From: Snodgrassella alvi
Lineage (GTDB): Bacteria; Pseudomonadota; Gammaproteobacteria; Burkholderiales; Neisseriaceae
Direction: 5' to 3'
Assembly (NCBI RefSeq): GCF_002777425.1
Contig: NZ_MDVC01000059.1
Coordinates: 7,802-39,801, forward strand
DNA length: 32,000 nucleotides
Below are positions 27,945-32,000 of the stretch, in pieces. A program made the position numbers and the translations under genes. The notes below the pieces were generated by a model that made no database searches, was not told the DNA's origin, and was given only the letters and a program-made list of their open reading frames with translations. The first letter of the stretch is position 1. Each line of letters starts with the position of its first letter.

Positions 27945-28310
27945 ATGAATAAAATAGGAAAAGATGAATTAGTAGTTACCTCACTTTTATCTATACTTTT
28001 GGATGATACACTTGAATATTATAAAACTCATTTAAGTGATCCGAGTAAATCCACAAACGACAATGATCCTTATGCAAGAGCAAGAAGTATTATCACAAAG
28101 CTATCAGATAAAGACCAAGAAAAGATTTTTAATTTTCTGCGTATAGTAATAGTAGATACAATGTCAACGATTTTTGGAACCATAGATGGTTCATGTTTTC
28201 CTCTAAATATTAGTGGTGATTTCATTCTTGAGTATGATGGAGATGAAATACAAGGTTCATTGCAAGATGAGTTAATTGCAAAAGCAGAAGAGATTGGTGT
28301 CTATGATTAA
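27945..28310 (+). CDS. Putative immunity protein of orphan 1
   Basis: The ATG lies directly after the toxin TAA, with AAAGAGG 7 nt upstream. The 121-aa product is acidic. I recognise no family. The call rests on position and composition. Confidence 0.6.
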   Translation: MNKIGKDELVVTSLLSILLDDTLEYYKTHLSDPSKSTNDNDPYARARSIITKLSDKDQEKIFNFLRIVIVDTMSTIFGTIDGSCFPLNISGDFILEYDGDEIQGSLQDELIAKAEEIGVYD

Positions 28311-28341
28311 TGAATTAATCATTAAAAGTAAAAATTTTTTT

Positions 28342-29586
28342 TACGACACCCCCGACCGGCTGGTAAGCAAAAAACACAGCAAACACGGGTAGACCGATTA
28401 CCGCTATGATCGCACCGGCAGAATCGAAGGCTGCCGCAACCAGAGATACTGGGAAACTCTGCAATACGATGCCGCCGCCAACCTGTTAGACCACAGACGG
28501 CCAATAGAATTAGACCCTAGCAATCAGAATGTCATCCGCTGTAACCAGCTCCTGAATTTCAGAGAACACCACTACAGCTACGACGAGCACGGCAGAACTC
28601 AGACCAAACAGAGCATCGGCGCTACGCAGCACTACCACTATGATGCCGACCACCGCCTGAGCGAAGTACGCATCGAACAAACAGGCCGCAGCCAGCGTTA
28701 TGGCTATGTCTACGATGCTCTTGGCCGGCGTATCGAAAAGCATCAGATAGACCGCGACGGCCAACCTTACAATCGTACCCGCTTCCTGTGGGACGGCTTA
28801 AGAATGATTCAGGAAACCGGCCCGAATCATCCCACCAGCCTGTATATCTATACCGATCAGAACAGCTACGAACCACTGGCACGTATAGACACAGACGGCA
28901 ACCAAGAACAACATATCCGCTACTTCCACACCGACCTGAATGGCTGTCCGGAAGAGCTTACCGATGCAAACGGTAAAATACTTTGGGAATGCAGCTTTCA
29001 GTTATGGGGAAAGCGGATTCATGAAATCGAACACGAATCAATAGAGCAAAACCTCAGATATCAGGGACAATATTTAGACAGAGAAACCGGCTTACATTAC
29101 AATACTTTCAGGTACTATGATCCGGATATAGGTAGATTTACCCAGCCAGACCCGATTGGTTTGGCTGGCGGATTGAATCTGTACCAGTATGCGCCTAATG
29201 GGTTGACTTGGATTGTTCCGTGGGGGTGGGCATGTATACCAAACAAAAAAGCAGGTATGAAGCGTGAACAGAGGGCAAAAGATATATTGGAAAAGCGTTA
29301 TGGCAAGAAAAATGTTTTAAGTGAACGTTATTTAAGAGATAATAAGGGTAAATCAGTTAAAGACCCTTTAACAGGTGAACGACGTAGAATCGATTTTGTA
29401 GTTAAAGGGCAAGATGGGAAATGGAGGCCTGTTGAGGTCACGAGTCGAACCGGTGCTTTAAATAAAGGACCACAGATAGCGAAAGAAGAAAGAATCCGTG
29501 AAGCTGGGGGAGTTTTTGTGAAAAATAAAAATACCGGTCAATTAATACAATTAGATGATGTATCAACTGTTATTGGAGTAAAGTAA
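28342..29586 (+). pseudogene. Orphan rhs-CT 2: ~888 bp of core homology with in-frame TAG, altered DPxGL, PD-(D/E)xK-like toxin tip
   Basis: The segment is collinear with rhs 25598-26479. A TAG at 28390-28392 replaces the CAG (Gln) of the master copy. There is no ATG/GTG/TTG in frame until 28804, which is the track ORF 28804..29586. The core ends WIVPWGW (29215-29229) instead of DPWGL. The tip contains GMKREQRA...RRIDFVVKG...WRPVEVTS. Confidence 0.75.
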
Positions 29587-29927
29587 TGAGCAAAATTGAT
29601 TTTACCTTACATAATATTCCATTATTGCTTACAAGAAATAAAAGTAAGCAATGGCAAGAGGATATTATTCAAAGTTCAACAGCCTTATTAAACTTTTTAA
29701 AAAATAATGAATTATTAATTGGTATTGAGCCTTTTGATGATGCAGGAAAATTAAAAACTGATACTGTTATTAAGATGTCAAATGTTACTCAAGAAGGTTT
29801 AGAATTATTCAAAACTACTGTAGATGAATGGTATAAATATCTCGCTAAAAGTACAGTTCCCGATAAGTATAAAAATATAAGTCGCCTAGAAAAAGGTTTA
29901 GCTAAAATTCGAAAAACTAAAAGTTAA
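29586..29927 (+). CDS. Putative immunity protein of orphan 2
   Basis: The ATG overlaps the toxin TAA by 1 nt (TAATG). The 113-aa gene is AT-rich. I recognise no family. Confidence 0.6.
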   Translation: MSKIDFTLHNIPLLLTRNKSKQWQEDIIQSSTALLNFLKNNELLIGIEPFDDAGKLKTDTVIKMSNVTQEGLELFKTTVDEWYKYLAKSTVPDKYKNISRLEKGLAKIRKTKS

Positions 29928-30039
29928 TTAAAAAATGAAAGTCTATGGTCATGGACATATAAAAGCTGATGCTCCAATAGGATAATTATATGTATTAGCT
30001 CAAACGCTAATGATTAGCATAATTCTTAATGTAACAACT

Positions 30040-30917
30040 TCGACCATCTGGTAAACAAAAAGCACAGCAAACACGGCCAGACCGATTACCGCTATGATCA
30101 CACCGGCAGAATCGAAGGCTGTCGCAATCAGAGATACTGGGAAACCCTGCAATATGATGCTGCTGCTAACCTATTAGACCACAGACGGCCAATAGAATTA
30201 GACCCTAGCAATCAGAATATCATCCGCTGTAACCAGCTCCTGAATTTCAGAGAACACCACTACAGCTACGACGAGCACGGCAGAACCCAAACCAAACAGA
30301 GCATCGGCGCCACCCAGCACTACCACTACGACGCTGAACACCGCCTGAGCGAAGTACGCATCGAACAACTAAACCGCAGCCAGCGTTACGGCTACGTCTA
30401 CGACGCCTTAGGCCGGCGTATCGAAAAGCATCAGATAGACCGTGACGGCCAACCCTACAACCGTACCCGCTTCCTGTGGGACGGCTTAAGAATGATTCAG
30501 GAAACCGGCCCGAATCACCCCACCAGCCTGTATATCTATACCGACCAGAACAGCTACGAACCACTGGCACGCATAGACACAGACAGCAACCATGAACAAC
30601 ATATCCGCTACTTCCACACCGACCTGAACGGCTGTCCAGAAGAGTTGACCGATGCAAACGGTAAAATACTTTGGGAATGCAGCTTTCAGTTATGGGGTAA
30701 ACGGATTCATGAAATTGAACACGAACCCATAGAGCAGAATCTCAGATATCAGGGACAATATTTAGACAGAGAAACCGGCTTACATTACAATACTTTCAGG
30801 TACTATGATCCGGATATAGGTAGATTTACCCAGCCCGACCCGATTGGTTTAGCTGGTGGTTTGAATCTGTATCAGTATGCGCCGAATGGGTTGACTTGGG
30901 TGGATCCTTTGGGACTT
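30040..30917 (+). repeat. ~878-bp rhs core homology heading orphan cassette 3
   Basis: The segment is collinear with 25608-26479 and with 28352-29229. The frame is open from 30030. Confidence 0.9.
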
Positions 30918-31313
30918 GCAACAAGACCAAATAATGGTAAATACAATATATTTTTTGATCATTCTGTTGACCCAACCAATAGATACTCAAGTGATGCCGT
31001 TCAATTTAACAGAGCAAATAAAGAATTCATCAAAAAAATGAATGAGGATGCTGTTTTTAGGAAAGATATGCTTAAAAGATATCCAGAACTTTCTAATTGG
31101 ATGAAAAACGGAAAGAAAAATATAAGTCCACCAGGGTTAACATGGCATCACCATGAAGATACAAATAGACTTGTTTTGGTCGATAGAAAAGATCATAATA
31201 AAAACTACGCTTTATATCATCCTTCTGGAAAAGGTGGGCGTGATATATGGGGTGGAGGTACTCAAGGGCGAAAAGGAAAGTTAAATGGCTTTACTGGTAA
31301 GAAACTGTGTTAA
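30492..31313 (+). CDS. Orphan rhs-CT 3: core fragment + DPLGL + WHH-family HNH/EndoVII nuclease tip
   Basis: The reading frame is uninterrupted from 30030, but the first start codon is the internal Met at 30492 (LRMIQETG). DPLGL lies at 30903-30917. The tip contains GLTWHHHEDTNRLVLVDRKDHNKN..HPSGKGG..WGGG (WHHH at 31143-31154). Confidence 0.75.
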   Translation: MIQETGPNHPTSLYIYTDQNSYEPLARIDTDSNHEQHIRYFHTDLNGCPEELTDANGKILWECSFQLWGKRIHEIEHEPIEQNLRYQGQYLDRETGLHYNTFRYYDPDIGRFTQPDPIGLAGGLNLYQYAPNGLTWVDPLGLATRPNNGKYNIFFDHSVDPTNRYSSDAVQFNRANKEFIKKMNEDAVFRKDMLKRYPELSNWMKNGKKNISPPGLTWHHHEDTNRLVLVDRKDHNKNYALYHPSGKGGRDIWGGGTQGRKGKLNGFTGKKLC

Positions 31314-31339
31314 ATTTTTTATTACGGAGTATGAATACT

Positions 31340-31678
31340 ATGCTTGTTAAAGGTAATCTTTATCCAATAAAGGATATTATTTCTTATGTGAAAGGCAATA
31401 TTGAAAGAGGTGATGACTTTTGTATATATGGTGAATCAGATGAAGACTTGTTAAGTAATAAAAGTTATTATATTGATGACTATCCAGATGTAGATGATAA
31501 TGGAAAAGAAATTTATCCACCTCATGCGTTAAAAAAGAAACTAAACTATCTTTATTCTGGTCAGCAATTTGCTGATGTAATAGATTCAGTTATAGATCAA
31601 AAACCGTTAGCTACTACAGATGAATTTATAAAAGCTTTAAATTATTACTCTGAATATGATAATTTTTTAGATCTCTAA
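31340..31678 (+). CDS. Putative immunity protein of orphan 3
   Basis: The track start at 31307 is a GTG overlapping the toxin end. In-frame ATGs occur at 31331 and 31340, and GGAG at 31326-31329 favours 31340. The product is acidic and its gene is AT-rich. I recognise no family. Confidence 0.6.
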   Translation: MLVKGNLYPIKDIISYVKGNIERGDDFCIYGESDEDLLSNKSYYIDDYPDVDDNGKEIYPPHALKKKLNYLYSGQQFADVIDSVIDQKPLATTDEFIKALNYYSEYDNFLDL

Positions 31679-31763
31679 ATTTTTGCAATTATAATATAAG
31701 TTGTAGTAGTCTTTATTTAATCTGACATTTAGTGTATTTTAAACCAACAATGGAGTGTCAGTA

Positions 31764-32000
31764 ATGAATCAATCTGCAAAAATAATTAAACCTAAATTAG
31801 GACTTTTAGAACTCGCTAAACAGTTAGGTAACGTTCAGCAAGCCTGTAAAGTCTTGGGGTATAGTCGCGACAGCTATTATCGCTTCAAAAAACTCTATGA
31901 ACAGGGCGGAGAATTAGCTCTTCAGGAAATAAGTCGCAAAAAACCTATAGAGAAAAATCGCGTAGAGCCTCATATTGAGCAGGCTGTAGTTAATATGGCT
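31764..32000 (+). mobile_element. IS transposase, N-terminal HTH part (IS481-family-like); continues past the right edge
   Basis: The ATG at 31764 has GGAG 9 nt upstream. The product reads [61 protein letters not shown].... This resembles the HTH N-termini of IS481-type DDE transposases from memory. It is absent from the ORF track because it is open to the edge. Confidence 0.6.

Noticed and set aside
28322-28882. Minus-strand ORFs over the orphan 2 core block (28322..28504, 28510..28764, 28622..28882), and 30247..30657 over orphan 3
   Set aside because: They are antisense shadows of the plus-strand rhs-core homology. The same artefact appears opposite the master copy.
25598-30917. Could the four repeated blocks be a CRISPR-like or tandem-repeat array?
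   Set aside because: The repeats are 150-890 bp of protein-coding rhs core in one reading frame, separated by 1-1.7 kb of coding cassettes. This is not short repeat/spacer architecture.

Overview
This looks like a Neisseriaceae-type chromosomal segment. That assignment is an inference from my recollection of Neisseria ThiG, EF-P and GyrA sequences, the presence of EarP, and DUS-like motifs. No search was run. From 1 to 19 kb the window holds housekeeping genes, mostly on the minus strand: the 5' part of pepN, a cycA-like permease (+), thiG, a yagU-like gene, thiS, thiO, a small Cys-rich protein (+), pta, a repeat-containing lipoprotein, an MBL-fold hydrolase (+), tetR, murB, norM, efp and earP. 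At 18.94-19.15 kb there is an AT-rich divergent intergenic region with a cluster of DnaA boxes. Every gene to its right is on the plus strand (gyrA, bfd, the Rhs island). From 22.5 to 31.7 kb lies the accessory island. It contains one full-length prePAAR/PAAR Rhs effector (1452 aa) with an AHH-type nuclease tip and an adjacent immunity gene. Three orphan rhs C-terminal/immunity cassettes follow, carrying about 150, 888 and 878 bp of rhs-core homology. Their toxin tips are a DAHH-motif domain of unknown family, a PD-(D/E)xK-like domain and a WHH nuclease. One orphan has an in-frame TAG and a mutated DPxGL motif. The 5' end of an IS transposase bounds the island at the right edge. No vgrG, Eag chaperone or T6SS core gene is in the window. 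I found no tRNA, rRNA or CRISPR. The ORF track uses GTG/TTG as M, so several listed starts are over-extended and I corrected them where an ATG plus Shine-Dalgarno is visible. All family assignments come from motif recognition by eye.
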